This document shows, in pieces, positions 30,384 through 42,422 of a stretch of DNA of 64,000 bases; the first letter of the stretch is position 1; every line of letters begins with the position of its first letter. The position numbers and the translations under genes are program-made. The notes beneath the pieces were generated by a model. That model saw nothing but the letters and a program-made list of their open reading frames with translations, searched no databases and had not been told where the DNA came from. The DNA is taken from assembly GCF_057098645.1 (NCBI RefSeq), contig NZ_CM169472.1; one strand, written 5' to 3'.

Positions 30384-31777
30384 GCGGTACCCTCACGACG
30401 TGGTGCGCGTTTGCGTGGACGACGAGTACGACGACGCGGTGACGGTTCTTCATCCAGCTCGTTGAGCATCCCTTTTTGGTCTGGTGGCGCGGAAACCTGG
30501 AACTCACCCCACCATTTCACCAGACGCTGCAGTTCAGCGTTACGCTCAACTTCAGCTCGCAAGGCCAACAGGTCATAAGCCGCACGGAACTTAGGATGCT
30601 CCAGCAGTTTCCATGCGCGTTTACCCTGACGTCGGGACATACGCAACTGCAACTGCCAGATATCGCGGGTTAACGTCGTCAGACGTTTCGGGATTGCCAG
30701 TGAACGGCAGGCTTCGTCCAGCACGTCGTTCATCGCCAGCGCGAAAGCGTCGTGATAGGTCAGGCCGCTTTCTTGGGCGATCTTCTGTGCCGTCTCCAGC
30801 AGTGGGTACCAGAACATGGCGGCAAACAGGAACGCCGGGTTCACGCGCATATCGTTATGGATACGCGTATCGGTATTCTTCAGCACCTGTTCAATGATCC
30901 GCTCCATCGGGCTGTCGCCATTTTCCGTGAAGTAACGGGTAATGGTCGGGAACAGTGGCTGGAACAGATGATATTCACACAGCAGTTTATAGGTTTCGTA
31001 ACCGTAGCCCGCTTGTAGCAGTTTAAGCGATTCTTCAAACAGGCGTGCCGGTGGGATATCGTTCAGCAGGGTAGCGAGGCGAGGGATCGGTTCTGCGGTT
31101 TCCGGGCTGATGCGCATACCCAATTTGGCGGCAAAACGTACTGCGCGCAGCATACGTACCGGATCTTCACGGTAGCGCGTTTCCGGGTTACCAATCAGAC
31201 GGATAACACCGTCCTTCAGATCCTTCATACCGCCAACGTAATCACGGACGGTAAAATCCGCTACGCTGTAATACAGGCTGTTGATAGTGAAATCGCGGCG
31301 CTGGGCGTCTTCTTCGATGGAGCCGAAAATGTTGTCGCGCAGCAACATGCCGTTTTGCCCGCGTTGGGAGGTCGTGCGGTCGCTGACGTTACCTTCGTGG
31401 TGTCCACGGAAGGTCGCAACTTCGATAATCTCCGGGCCAAACATCACATGAGCCAGACGGAAACGGCGACCCACCAGGCGGCAGTTACGGAACAGTTTGC
31501 GCACCTGCTCAGGCGTGGCGTTAGTGGTTACGTCAAAATCTTTCGGCTTTTTGCCGAGTAACAGGTCGCGCACGCCGCCGCCAACCAGCCAGGCTTCGTA
31601 TCCCGCTTTATTGAGCCTGTACATTACCTTCAGGGCATTTTCACTGATATCTTTGCGAGAAATAGCATGCTGCTCACGCGGGATCACCGTCACCTGTGGA
31701 CGGGCGACTGCCTGTTCAGCCTCGCTTTCCTCGCGGCTTAGCACCTTGCGGCAAAAATTAGCGACTCGGGTAAAAAT
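30380..31777 (-). CDS. pcnB: Poly(A) polymerase I
   Basis: ORF 30380..31798 (first codon TTG). The characterised 465-aa PcnB begins at the Ile codon ATT (reverse complement of 31775-31777), which I recall as a documented non-canonical start; nucleotidyltransferase motif [18 protein letters not shown] is present. Confidence 0.9.
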
Positions 31778-31836
31778 AGTACACCTCGGTAGTGTCAAAC
31801 ATCATTCAGGACAAAAAAATAGCGGCTAATCATAGC

Positions 31837-32763
31837 TCAGCATGACGCATTTGAGAATGTTGAATTTACAATTGCCGACTCAGGCACTGCGGTAAGCCGC
31901 CAGTTTTTGACGGCTGACTGAAGGATTTGCTCGACGCTGAAATCCTGCCAGTGTGCTTCTGCCTGCTGCCCCAGAAATTGAAGTGCCGCGATTAGTACCG
32001 GGCGTGGATCACCTTTCGGCAACGCAGGCGCATGATTCTGCTTGGAAAGTTTAGCGCCTTGTGGATTAAGCGCCAGCGGCAGATGAATGTAATCTGGCAC
32101 TTTCCAGCCAAAAAGCTGGTACAGCGAGATTTGCCGCACTGTCGGTTCGATCAAATCTGCCCCGCGGACAATTTCACTCACGCCCTGGAAGTGATCATCC
32201 ACCACCACCGCCAGGTTATAGGCAAACAAACCATCACGGCGATGAATAATAAAATCTTCCCGTGCCAGTTTTTCGTCGGCGTGAATAATGCCGCGCAGCT
32301 GGTCAGTAAACTGGGTGACCGGATGCTGCTGGCGGATACGCACTGCGGCGTTGTCTGGTCCATGATACAACACCCGGCAATGACCGTCGTAAATACCGCC
32401 AATGCTTTGAATACGCGCACGCGTGCAGGTGCAGTAATAACTTAGTCCTTGTTCATGTAACCAGGCGAGTGCTTCACGATAGGCATCGTGACGTTGCGAT
32501 TGCCAGAGAACATCGCCGTCCCAGTGCAGACCGTAATGTTCCAGCTGGCGCAGGATAGTTTCTGCGGCACCGGGAACTTCACGAGGCGGGTCGATATCTT
32601 CAATGCGTACCAGCCAGCGACCTTGCCGGGCGCGAGCCTGCAAATAGCTGCCAAGCGCAGCAATCAGAGAACCAAAATGAAGCTCGCCGGAAGGAGAGGG
32701 GGCGAAGCGGCCAATATACTGTGTGTCTGTCATCTCTTTGAACAAAAAATAAGGCGGGAGCAT
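31837..32763 (-). CDS. gluQ: Glutamyl-Q tRNA(Asp) synthetase
   Basis: 308-aa [35 protein letters not shown]... with a class-I aaRS HIGH-like motif (SGELHFGS); a downstream in-frame Met (M11) is an alternative start. Confidence 0.9.
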   Translation of the reverse strand: MLPPYFLFKEMTDTQYIGRFAPSPSGELHFGSLIAALGSYLQARARQGRWLVRIEDIDPPREVPGAAETILRQLEHYGLHWDGDVLWQSQRHDAYREALAWLHEQGLSYYCTCTRARIQSIGGIYDGHCRVLYHGPDNAAVRIRQQHPVTQFTDQLRGIIHADEKLAREDFIIHRRDGLFAYNLAVVVDDHFQGVSEIVRGADLIEPTVRQISLYQLFGWKVPDYIHLPLALNPQGAKLSKQNHAPALPKGDPRPVLIAALQFLGQQAEAHWQDFSVEQILQSAVKNWRLTAVPESAIVNSTFSNASC

Positions 32764-32799
32764 TTCCCGCCTGTGGTAAACGTGATGGAACGGCTGTAA

Positions 32800-33255
32800 T
32801 TAGCCAGCCATCTGTTTTTCGCGAATTTCAGCCAGCGTTTTGCAGTCGATGCACAGATCGGCTGTCGGGCGCGCTTCCAGACGGCGAATACCAATTTCAA
32901 CACCGCAGGATTCGCAGTAGCCGAAATCTTCGTCTTCCACTTTTTTCAGCGTCTTCTCGATCTTTTTGATCAGCTTACGCTCGCGATCGCGGTTACGCAG
33001 TTCGAGGCTGAACTCTTCTTCCTGGGCTGCACGGTCTACCGGGTCCGGGAAGTTGGCTGCTTCATCCTGCATATGTGTAACGGTGCGATCGACTTCATCC
33101 CTGAGTTGATTACGCCATGCTTCCAGAATACGACGGAAGTGCGCCAGCTGGGCTTCATTCATATACTCTTCGCCCGGCTTCTCCTGATATGGTTCCACCC
33201 CAGCGATGGCGAGAATACTCAGGGACGATGTTTTACGGTTTTGCCCTTCTTGCAT
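32800..33255 (-). CDS. dksA: RNA polymerase-binding transcription factor DksA
   Basis: ORF 32800..33273; start refined to the ATG at 33255 ([36 protein letters not shown]...), 151 aa, with AAGGAG Shine-Dalgarno; C4 zinc finger ([25 protein letters not shown]). Confidence 0.95.
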   Translation of the reverse strand: MQEGQNRKTSSLSILAIAGVEPYQEKPGEEYMNEAQLAHFRRILEAWRNQLRDEVDRTVTHMQDEAANFPDPVDRAAQEEEFSLELRNRDRERKLIKKIEKTLKKVEDEDFGYCESCGVEIGIRRLEARPTADLCIDCKTLAEIREKQMAG

Positions 33256-33432
33256 GTTGCTTCTCCTTAACACGCACTATCGATCCCCATGTTCGGGGGA
33301 AAAATGAGGCCGCTATAAATAGCAGATGCTTTTCCGGATAGCAATTATCTAAACGTAACACTTGACAACTGTGTGAGGAAAAGCGTATTTGCGCACGCGA
33401 CCAGAATGTAAATTAACCAGTTACTTACTTTA

Positions 33433-34682
<1,250 letters not shown>

Positions 34683-34755
34683 GTGAGGCACTCGGTTATG
34701 AATTACCGCAATGCTACAATGTGGCGCGAAGAATGTTAACCCTCTGGAGCGTTTT

Positions 34756-37185
34756 GTGTCGTCGTTGCCCGTTGCTGCCGTCTTACCTGAATTACTTACC
34801 GCTCTCGATTGTGCGCCGCAGGTATTATTAAGTGCGCCGACCGGGGCCGGGAAATCAACCTGGCTGCCGCTGCAACTGCTGGCGCATCCCGGCATTAACG
34901 GGAAAATTATCCTGCTGGAGCCGCGTCGTCTGGCGGCGCGTAACGTCGCGCAACGGCTGGCGGAGCTGCTTAACGAAAAGCCAGGCGATACCGTTGGCTA
35001 CCGGATGCGTGCGCAAAACTGCGTCGGGCCGAATACCCGCCTGGAAGTAGTTACCGAAGGCGTGCTGACGCGGATGATCCAGCGTGACCCGGAACTGAGC
35101 GGTGTTGGATTGGTGATCCTTGATGAATTTCATGAGCGTAGCTTGCAGGCGGATTTGGCGTTTGCGCTGTTACTCGATGTGCAACAAGGTCTGCGTGATG
35201 ACCTTAAACTGCTGATTATGTCGGCTACGCTGGACAACGACCGCTTGCAGCAAATGCTGCCAGAAGCGCCCGTCGTCATCTCAGAAGGGCGCTCGTTTCC
35301 GGTTGAACGCCGTTATTTACCGCTGCCCACGCATCAGCGTTTTGACGATGCCGTTGCGGTAGCCACCGCTGAAATGCTGCGTCAGGAAAGCGGATCATTA
35401 CTGTTATTTTTACCTGGCGTCGGAGAAATTCAGCGTGTGCAGGAACAACTGGCTTCGCGCATCGGCAGTGATGTATTGCTCTGCCCGCTGTATGGCGCGT
35501 TGTCGCTGAACGATCAGCGAAAAGCGATCCTCCCGGCACCGCAAGGGATGCGCAAAGTGGTGCTGGCGACCAATATTGCTGAAACCAGTTTAACCATCGA
35601 AGGTATTCGTCTGGTGGTGGATTGTGCCCAGGAGCGTGTGGCGCGTTTTGATCCGCGCACGGGGCTTACGCGACTGATTACTCAACGCGTTAGCCAGGCA
35701 TCCATGACGCAGCGTGCCGGGCGCGCCGGGCGTCTGGAGCCGGGTATCTGCCTGCATTTAATCGCCAAAGAACAAGCAGAACGCGCTGCCGCGCAAAGTG
35801 AACCGGAGATCTTACAAAATGATCTTTCCGGTTTGCTGATGGAATTACTGCAATGGGGATGCAGCGATCTGGCGCAGATGAGCTGGCTGGATCAACCGCC
35901 AGCAGTGAATTTACTGGCCGCGAAACGCCTGTTAAAGATGCTGGGGGCGCTGGACGGTGAACGGCTTAGTGCGCAGGGGCAAAAAATGGCAGCGCTGGGT
36001 AACGATCCGCGTTTAGCGGCAATGCTGGTTAGCGCAAAGAGCGACGACGAAGCTGCTACCGCGGCAAAAATTGCCGCCATTCTCGAAGAGCCCCCACGGA
36101 TGGGCAATAGTGACCTGGGCGTGGTGTTTTCGCGCAATCAACCAGCCTGGCAGCAACGTAGTCAGCAACTGTTAAAAAGCTTAAACGTACGCGGCGGTGA
36201 GGCAGACAGTTCGCTTATCGTGCCGCTACTTGCCGGGGCTTTTGCCGATCGCATTGCTCGCCGCCGTGGGCAAGATGGTCGCTATCAACTGGCGAACGGC
36301 ATGGGAGCGATGCTCGATGCCGATGACGCGCTAAGCCGCCACGAATGGTTGATCGCACCGTTATTATTGCAGGGCAGCGCCTCGCCGGATGCGCGGATTT
36401 TACTGGCGCTACCGGTCGATATTGATGAATTAGTGCGACGCTGTCCGCAGCTGGTGCAGCAATCTGACACCGTGGAATGGGATGACGCGCAAGGTACACT
36501 GAAAGCCTGGCGTCGGCTGCAAATCGGTCAGTTGGCGGTGAAAGTGCAGCCACTGGCGAAACCGTCAGAAGACGAGTTGCATCAGGCGATGCTTAACGGC
36601 ATCCGTGATAAAGGTTTAAGCGTGCTCAACTGGACGGCGGAAGCGGAACAGCTACGCTTGCGTTTGTTATGCGCCGGAAAGTGGTTGCCAGAATATGACT
36701 GGCCAGCGGTTGATGATGAAAGTTTGTTGGCGACGCTGGAAACGTGGCTGCTGCCACATATGGCCGGTGTACATTCACTACGCGGCCTGAAATCACTCGA
36801 CATTTATCAGGCACTACGCGGATTACTTGATTGGGGAATGCAGCAACGTCTGGATAGTGAATTGCCTGCGCATTACACTGTGCCGACGGGAAGCCGGATC
36901 GCCATTCGTTATCATGAAGATAACCCGCCCGCGCTGGCGGTGAGAATGCAGGAGATGTTTGGTGAGGCCACTAATCCGACGATCGCCCAGGGGCGCGTGC
37001 CGCTGGTGCTGGAATTGCTTTCACCTGCCCAAAGGCCGCTGCAAATCACGCGTGATTTGGGGGCCTTCTGGAAAGGGGCGTATCGTGAGGTGCAAAAAGA
37101 GATGAAAGGGCGTTATCCCAAACACGTCTGGCCGGACGACCCGGCAAACACGGCACCGACGCGACGGACGAAAAAGTATTCGTAA
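34756..37185 (+). CDS. hrpB: ATP-dependent RNA helicase HrpB (DEAH-box)
   Basis: ORF 34711..37185; start refined to the GTG at 34756 (MSSLPVAAVLPELLTALDCAPQVLLSAPTGAGKST...), 809 aa; Walker A GAGKST and DEFH box are present; GGAG Shine-Dalgarno upstream. Confidence 0.9.
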   Translation: MSSLPVAAVLPELLTALDCAPQVLLSAPTGAGKSTWLPLQLLAHPGINGKIILLEPRRLAARNVAQRLAELLNEKPGDTVGYRMRAQNCVGPNTRLEVVTEGVLTRMIQRDPELSGVGLVILDEFHERSLQADLAFALLLDVQQGLRDDLKLLIMSATLDNDRLQQMLPEAPVVISEGRSFPVERRYLPLPTHQRFDDAVAVATAEMLRQESGSLLLFLPGVGEIQRVQEQLASRIGSDVLLCPLYGALSLNDQRKAILPAPQGMRKVVLATNIAETSLTIEGIRLVVDCAQERVARFDPRTGLTRLITQRVSQASMTQRAGRAGRLEPGICLHLIAKEQAERAAAQSEPEILQNDLSGLLMELLQWGCSDLAQMSWLDQPPAVNLLAAKRLLKMLGALDGERLSAQGQKMAALGNDPRLAAMLVSAKSDDEAATAAKIAAILEEPPRMGNSDLGVVFSRNQPAWQQRSQQLLKSLNVRGGEADSSLIVPLLAGAFADRIARRRGQDGRYQLANGMGAMLDADDALSRHEWLIAPLLLQGSASPDARILLALPVDIDELVRRCPQLVQQSDTVEWDDAQGTLKAWRRLQIGQLAVKVQPLAKPSEDELHQAMLNGIRDKGLSVLNWTAEAEQLRLRLLCAGKWLPEYDWPAVDDESLLATLETWLLPHMAGVHSLRGLKSLDIYQALRGLLDWGMQQRLDSELPAHYTVPTGSRIAIRYHEDNPPALAVRMQEMFGEATNPTIAQGRVPLVLELLSPAQRPLQITRDLGAFWKGAYREVQKEMKGRYPKHVWPDDPANTAPTRRTKKYS

Positions 37186-37192
37186 GGTTGGT

Positions 37193-37283
37193 TTTCTCCC
37201 TCTCCCTGTGGGAGAGGGCCGGGGGGAGGGCATCAGCGCGCACGTTCACCCTCACCCTCAAGGGAGAGGGGACCGATCGAGCA
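37193..37283. repeat. GC-rich palindromic intergenic repeat built of CCCTC/GAGGG units (possibly boxC-like)
   Basis: Sequence ttctccctctccctgtgggagagggccggggggagggcatcagcgcgcacgttcaccctcaccctcaagggagaggggaccgatcg contains nested inverted repeats (tctccctctccc / gggagaggg and ccctcaccctc / gggagagggg). Confidence 0.5.
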
Positions 37284-37368
37284 CAAATTTTGAGAGATAT
37301 CTTCTTCTGTCTTGTAACAGAAGAACAGAAAATCGGGCTTTTGCGCCTGAATATTGCGGAGAAAAAGC

Positions 37369-39903
37369 ATGGCCGGGAATGACCGCGAGCCAATTGGACG
37401 CAAAGGGAAACCGACGCGTCCGGTCAAACAAAAGGTAAGCCGTCGTCGTTACGAAGATGACGATGATTACGACGATTATGATGACTATGAGGATGAAGAA
37501 CCGATGCCGCGCAAAGGTAAGGGCAAAGGCAAAGGGCGTAAGCCTCGTGGCAAACGCGGCTGGCTATGGCTGCTGTTAAAACTGGCTATCGTTTTTGCCG
37601 TGCTGATCGCCATTTACGGCGTTTATCTCGATCAAAAAATTCGTAGCCGTATTGATGGCAAGGTCTGGCAACTGCCTGCGGCAGTTTATGGTCGAATGGT
37701 CAACCTTGAGCCAGACATGACCATCAGCAAGAACGAGATGGTGAAGCTGCTGGAGGCAACACAGTATCGTCAGGTGTCGAAAATGACCCGTCCTGGCGAA
37801 TTTACTGTGCAGGCTAACAGCATTGAGATGATCCGCCGTCCGTTTGATTTTCCGGACAGCAAAGAAGGGCAGGTGCGTGCGCGTCTGACCTTTGATGGCG
37901 ATCATCTGGCGACCATCGTCAATATGGAGAACAACCGTCAGTTCGGTTTCTTCCGTCTTGATCCGCGCCTGATCACCATGATCTCCTCACCAAACGGTGA
38001 GCAGCGTTTGTTTGTGCCGCGCAGTGGTTTCCCGGATTTGCTGGTGGATACTTTGCTGGCGACAGAAGACCGCCATTTCTACGAGCATGATGGAATCAGT
38101 CTCTACTCCATCGGACGTGCGGTGCTGGCAAACCTGACAGCCGGACGCACGGTGCAGGGGGCGAGTACGCTGACGCAACAGCTGGTGAAAAACCTGTTCC
38201 TCTCCAGCGAGCGTTCTTACTGGCGTAAAGCGAATGAAGCCTACATGGCGCTGATCATGGACGCGCGTTACAGCAAAGACCGTATTCTTGAGCTGTATAT
38301 GAACGAGGTGTATCTCGGTCAGAGCGGCGACAACGAAATCCGCGGCTTCCCGCTGGCGAGCTTGTATTACTTTGGTCGCCCGGTAGAAGAATTGAGCCTC
38401 GATCAGCAGGCGCTGTTAGTCGGTATGGTGAAAGGAGCGTCCATCTACAACCCGTGGCGTAACCCGAAACTGGCGCTGGAGCGACGTAATCTGGTACTGC
38501 GTCTGCTGCAACAGCAACAGATTATTGATCAAGAACTCTATGACATGTTGAGTGCGCGTCCGCTGGGTGTTCAGCCGCGCGGTGGGGTGATCTCTCCTCA
38601 GCCAGCCTTTATGCAACTGGTGCGTCAGGAGCTTCAGGCTAAATTAGGCGATAAGGTAAAAGATCTCTCCGGCGTGAAGATCTTCACTACCTTTGACTCG
38701 GTGGCCCAGGACGCGGCAGAAAAAGCCGCCGTGGAAGGCATTCCGGCACTTAAGAAACAGCGTAAGCTGAGCGATCTTGAAACTGCGATTGTGGTCGTCG
38801 ACCGCTTTAGTGGTGAAGTTCGTGCGATGGTCGGAGGTTCTGAGCCGCAGTTTGCGGGCTACAACCGTGCGATGCAGGCGCGGCGTTCGATTGGTTCCCT
38901 TGCAAAACCAGCGACTTATCTGACGGCTTTAAGCCAGCCGAAAATCTATCGTCTGAATACGTGGATTGCGGATGCGCCAATCGCGTTACGTCAGCCGAAT
39001 GGCCAGGTCTGGTCACCGCAGAACGATGACCGTCGTTATAGCGAAAGCGGCAGAGTGATGCTGGTGGATGCGTTGACCCGTTCGATGAACGTGCCGACGG
39101 TAAATCTGGGGATGGCGCTGGGGCTGCCTGCGGTTACGGATACCTGGATCAAACTGGGCGTACCGAAAGATCAGTTGCATCCGGTTCCGGCAATGCTGCT
39201 GGGGGCGTTGAACTTAACGCCAATCGAAGTGGCGCAGGCATTCCAGACCATCTCCAGCGGTGGTAACCGTGCACCGCTTTCTGCGCTGCGTTCGGTAATC
39301 GCGGAAGATGGCAAGGTGCTGTATCAGAGCTTCCCGCAGGCAGAACGCGCTGTTCCGGCACAGGCGGCGTATCTGACACTATGGACCATGCAGCAGGTGG
39401 TACAACGTGGTACGGGTCGTCAGCTTGGGGCGAAATACCCGAACCTGCATCTGGCAGGGAAAACAGGGACTACCAACAATAACGTAGATACCTGGTTTGC
39501 GGGCATTGACGGCAGCACGGTGACCATCACCTGGGTCGGCCGTGATAACAACCAGCCGACCAAACTGTATGGTGCCAGCGGGGCAATGTCGATTTATCAG
39601 CGTTATCTGGCTAACCAGACGCCAACGCCGCTGAATCTTGTTCCGCCAGAAGATATTGCAGATATGGGCGTGGACTACGACGGCAACTTTGTTTGCAGCG
39701 GTGGCATGCGTGTCTTGCCGGTCTGGACCAGCGATCCGCAATCGCTGTGCCAGCAGAGTGAGATGCAGCAGCAGCCGTCAGGCAATCCGTTTGATCAGTC
39801 TTCACAGCCGCAGCAACAGCCGCAACAGCAACCTGCTCAGCAAGAGCAGAAAGACAGCGACGGTGTAGCCGGTTGGATCAAGGATATGTTTGGTAGTAAT
39901 TAA
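37369..39903 (+). CDS. mrcB: Penicillin-binding protein 1B (bifunctional glycosyltransferase/transpeptidase)
   Basis: ORF 37354..39903 (first codon TTG); start refined to the ATG at 37369 ([22 protein letters not shown]...), 844 aa; acidic/basic N-terminal tail, transmembrane helix, and the transpeptidase SxxK-type motifs. Confidence 0.95.
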   Translation: MAGNDREPIGRKGKPTRPVKQKVSRRRYEDDDDYDDYDDYEDEEPMPRKGKGKGKGRKPRGKRGWLWLLLKLAIVFAVLIAIYGVYLDQKIRSRIDGKVWQLPAAVYGRMVNLEPDMTISKNEMVKLLEATQYRQVSKMTRPGEFTVQANSIEMIRRPFDFPDSKEGQVRARLTFDGDHLATIVNMENNRQFGFFRLDPRLITMISSPNGEQRLFVPRSGFPDLLVDTLLATEDRHFYEHDGISLYSIGRAVLANLTAGRTVQGASTLTQQLVKNLFLSSERSYWRKANEAYMALIMDARYSKDRILELYMNEVYLGQSGDNEIRGFPLASLYYFGRPVEELSLDQQALLVGMVKGASIYNPWRNPKLALERRNLVLRLLQQQQIIDQELYDMLSARPLGVQPRGGVISPQPAFMQLVRQELQAKLGDKVKDLSGVKIFTTFDSVAQDAAEKAAVEGIPALKKQRKLSDLETAIVVVDRFSGEVRAMVGGSEPQFAGYNRAMQARRSIGSLAKPATYLTALSQPKIYRLNTWIADAPIALRQPNGQVWSPQNDDRRYSESGRVMLVDALTRSMNVPTVNLGMALGLPAVTDTWIKLGVPKDQLHPVPAMLLGALNLTPIEVAQAFQTISSGGNRAPLSALRSVIAEDGKVLYQSFPQAERAVPAQAAYLTLWTMQQVVQRGTGRQLGAKYPNLHLAGKTGTTNNNVDTWFAGIDGSTVTITWVGRDNNQPTKLYGASGAMSIYQRYLANQTPTPLNLVPPEDIADMGVDYDGNFVCSGGMRVLPVWTSDPQSLCQQSEMQQQPSGNPFDQSSQPQQQPQQQPAQQEQKDSDGVAGWIKDMFGSN

Positions 39904-40065
39904 CGTCTAAACGTGACATACCGGATGGCGAGTTGCCATCCGGTAAAATAACATCCCATCTAAAATATTAACCCTTTCTTTTCATCTGGTTGTTTATTAA
40001 CCCTTCAGGAACGCTCAGATTGCGTACCGCTTGCGAACCCGCCAGCGTTTCGAATATTATCTTAT

Positions 40066-40086
40066 ATTTATAATAATCATTCTCGT
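40066..40086 (+). promoter_or_regulatory. Fur box overlapping the fhuA promoter -10
   Basis: tttataataatcattctcg resembles the Fur consensus GATAATGATAATCATTATC; it includes TATAAT at 40069-40074, about 50 bp upstream of the fhuA start. Confidence 0.55.
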
Positions 40087-40122
40087 TTACGTTATCATTC
40101 ACTTTACATCAGAGATATACCA

Positions 40123-42372
40123 ATGGCGCGTTCCAAAACTGCTCAGCCAAAACACTCACTGCGTAAAATCGCAGTTGTAGTAGCCACAGCGGTTAGCGGC
40201 ATGTCTGTTTATGCACAGGCAGCGGTTGAACCGAAAGAAGACACTATCACCGTTACCGCTGCACCTGCGCCGCAAGAAAGCGCATGGGGGCCTGCTGCAA
40301 CTATTGCGGCGCGACAGTCAGCTACCGGCACTAAAACCGATACGCCGATTCAAAAAGTGCCACAGTCTATTTCTGTTGTGACCGCCGAAGAGATGGCGCT
40401 GCATCAGCCGAAGTCGGTAAAAGAAGCGCTTAGCTACACTCCTGGCGTTGCCGTGGGAACTCGTGGCGCATCCAACACTTACGATTACCTGATCATCCGC
40501 GGATTCGCCGCTGACGGCCAAAGCCAGAACAACTATCTGAATGGCCTGAAGATGCAGGGCAACTTCTATAACGATGCGGTTATTGACCCATATATGCTGG
40601 AGCGCGCTGAAATCATGCGTGGCCCGGTTTCCGTGCTGTACGGGAAAAGCAGCCCAGGTGGCCTGTTGAACATGGTCAGCAAGCGCCCGACCACTGAACC
40701 GTTGAAAGAAGTTCAGTTTAAGGCCGGGACTGACAGCCTGTTCCAGACCGGTTTTGACTTCAGCGATGCGCTGGATGATGACGGCGTTTACTCTTATCGT
40801 CTGACCGGTCTTGCGCGCTCTGCCAATGCCCAGCAAAAGGGCGCGGAAGAGCAGCGTTATGCCATTGCGCCAGCGTTTACCTGGCGTCCGGACGATAAAA
40901 CCAATTTCACCTTCCTTTCTTACTTCCAGAACGAGCCGGAAACCGGTTATTACGGCTGGTTGCCGAAAGAGGGAACCGTTGAGCCGCTGCCGAATGGTAA
41001 GCGTCTGCCGACAGACTTTAACGAAGGGGCGAAGAACAACACCTATTCTCGTAATGAGAAGATGATTGGCTATAGCTTCGACCACGAATTTAACGACACC
41101 TTTACCGTACGTCAGAACCTTCGCTTTGCGCAAAATAAAGTTTCGCAAAAGAGCGTATATGGCTACGGCATGTGTTCAGATCCTCTCTATTCCTCAAACC
41201 CCTCTTCGAGTCCATGTGCCAACGTGCCGCAGTCTCAATGGGGCCATACACTGACTCGTCAGTACGTTATCGATAATGAGAAGTTAGAAAACTTCTCTGT
41301 TGATACTCAGTTGCAAAGCAAATTCGCAACCGGTTCAGTGGATCACACTCTGCTGACTGGCGTTGACTTTATGCGTATGCGTAATGACATCGACTCCTGG
41401 TTCGGATATGCCGGTTCAGTTGCACCATCTGATATCTATAATTTAGACCGTAGTGACTTTGATTTTGGCGCTCACCCAAATCCGTCTGGTCCATACCGCG
41501 TTCTGCTGAAACAGAAACAAACCGGTCTGTATGTTCAGGATCAGGCGCAGTGGGATAAAGTGCTGGTTACGCTTGGCGGTCGCTATGACTGGGCCGATCA
41601 GTCATCTTTCAACCGTGATTACGGTAATAAATCCGATCGCGATGATAAACAGTTCACCTGGCGTGGCGGTGTTAACTATCTGTTCGACAACGGCGTAACG
41701 CCTTATTTCAGCTACAGTGAATCGTTTGAACCCGCTTCGCAGACCGATGCAAACGGCGATCTGTTTGCACCTTCGAAAGGCAAACAGTATGAAGTCGGCG
41801 TGAAATATGTGCCAGAAGATCGCCCAATTGTGGTGACTGGCGCACTGTATCAGCTTACCAAAACTAATAACCTGATGGCGGATCCGAACGGTTCACTGTT
41901 CTCGGTTGAAGGCGGTGAGATTCGTGCGCGTGGCGTAGAGCTGGAAGCGAAAGCGGCACTATCGGCGAGTGTTAACGTAGTCGGTTCTTACACCTACACC
42001 GACGCGGAATATACCACTGACACCAACTACAAAGGCAATACGCCTGCACAGGTGCCAAAACACATGGCTTCGCTGTGGGCTGACTATACCTTCTTTGACG
42101 GTCCGCTTTCAGGTCTGACGCTGGGCACCGGTGGTCGTTATACTGGCTCCAGCTATGGTGATCCGGCTAACTCCTTTAAAGTGGGAAGTTATACGGTCGT
42201 GGATGCGTTAGTGCGTTATGATCTGGCGCGAGTCGGCATGGCTGGCTCCAACGTGGCGCTGCATGTTAACAACCTGTTCGATCGTGAATACGTCGCCAGC
42301 TGCTTTAACACTTATGGCTGCTTCTGGGGCGCAGAACGTCAGGTCGTTGCAACCGCAACCTTCCGTTTCTAA
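40123..42372 (+). CDS. fhuA: Ferrichrome outer-membrane transporter (TonB-dependent receptor; phage/colicin receptor)
   Basis: 749-aa ORF MARSKTAQPKHSLRKIAVVVATAVSGMSVYAQAAVEPKEDTITVTAAP... with the TonB box DTITV and C-terminal ATFRF; the barrel matches E. coli FhuA but several surface-loop segments differ from the K-12 sequence as I recall it. Confidence 0.95.
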   Translation: MARSKTAQPKHSLRKIAVVVATAVSGMSVYAQAAVEPKEDTITVTAAPAPQESAWGPAATIAARQSATGTKTDTPIQKVPQSISVVTAEEMALHQPKSVKEALSYTPGVAVGTRGASNTYDYLIIRGFAADGQSQNNYLNGLKMQGNFYNDAVIDPYMLERAEIMRGPVSVLYGKSSPGGLLNMVSKRPTTEPLKEVQFKAGTDSLFQTGFDFSDALDDDGVYSYRLTGLARSANAQQKGAEEQRYAIAPAFTWRPDDKTNFTFLSYFQNEPETGYYGWLPKEGTVEPLPNGKRLPTDFNEGAKNNTYSRNEKMIGYSFDHEFNDTFTVRQNLRFAQNKVSQKSVYGYGMCSDPLYSSNPSSSPCANVPQSQWGHTLTRQYVIDNEKLENFSVDTQLQSKFATGSVDHTLLTGVDFMRMRNDIDSWFGYAGSVAPSDIYNLDRSDFDFGAHPNPSGPYRVLLKQKQTGLYVQDQAQWDKVLVTLGGRYDWADQSSFNRDYGNKSDRDDKQFTWRGGVNYLFDNGVTPYFSYSESFEPASQTDANGDLFAPSKGKQYEVGVKYVPEDRPIVVTGALYQLTKTNNLMADPNGSLFSVEGGEIRARGVELEAKAALSASVNVVGSYTYTDAEYTTDTNYKGNTPAQVPKHMASLWADYTFFDGPLSGLTLGTGGRYTGSSYGDPANSFKVGSYTVVDALVRYDLARVGMAGSNVALHVNNLFDREYVASCFNTYGCFWGAERQVVATATFRF

Positions 42373-42422
42373 TTTCTCTTTTGGGGCACGGATTTCCGTG
42401 CCCATTTCACAAGTTGGCTGTT

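Noticed and set aside
40318-41148. 276-aa minus-strand ORF inside fhuA
   Set aside because: Antisense to fhuA, no domain-like features.
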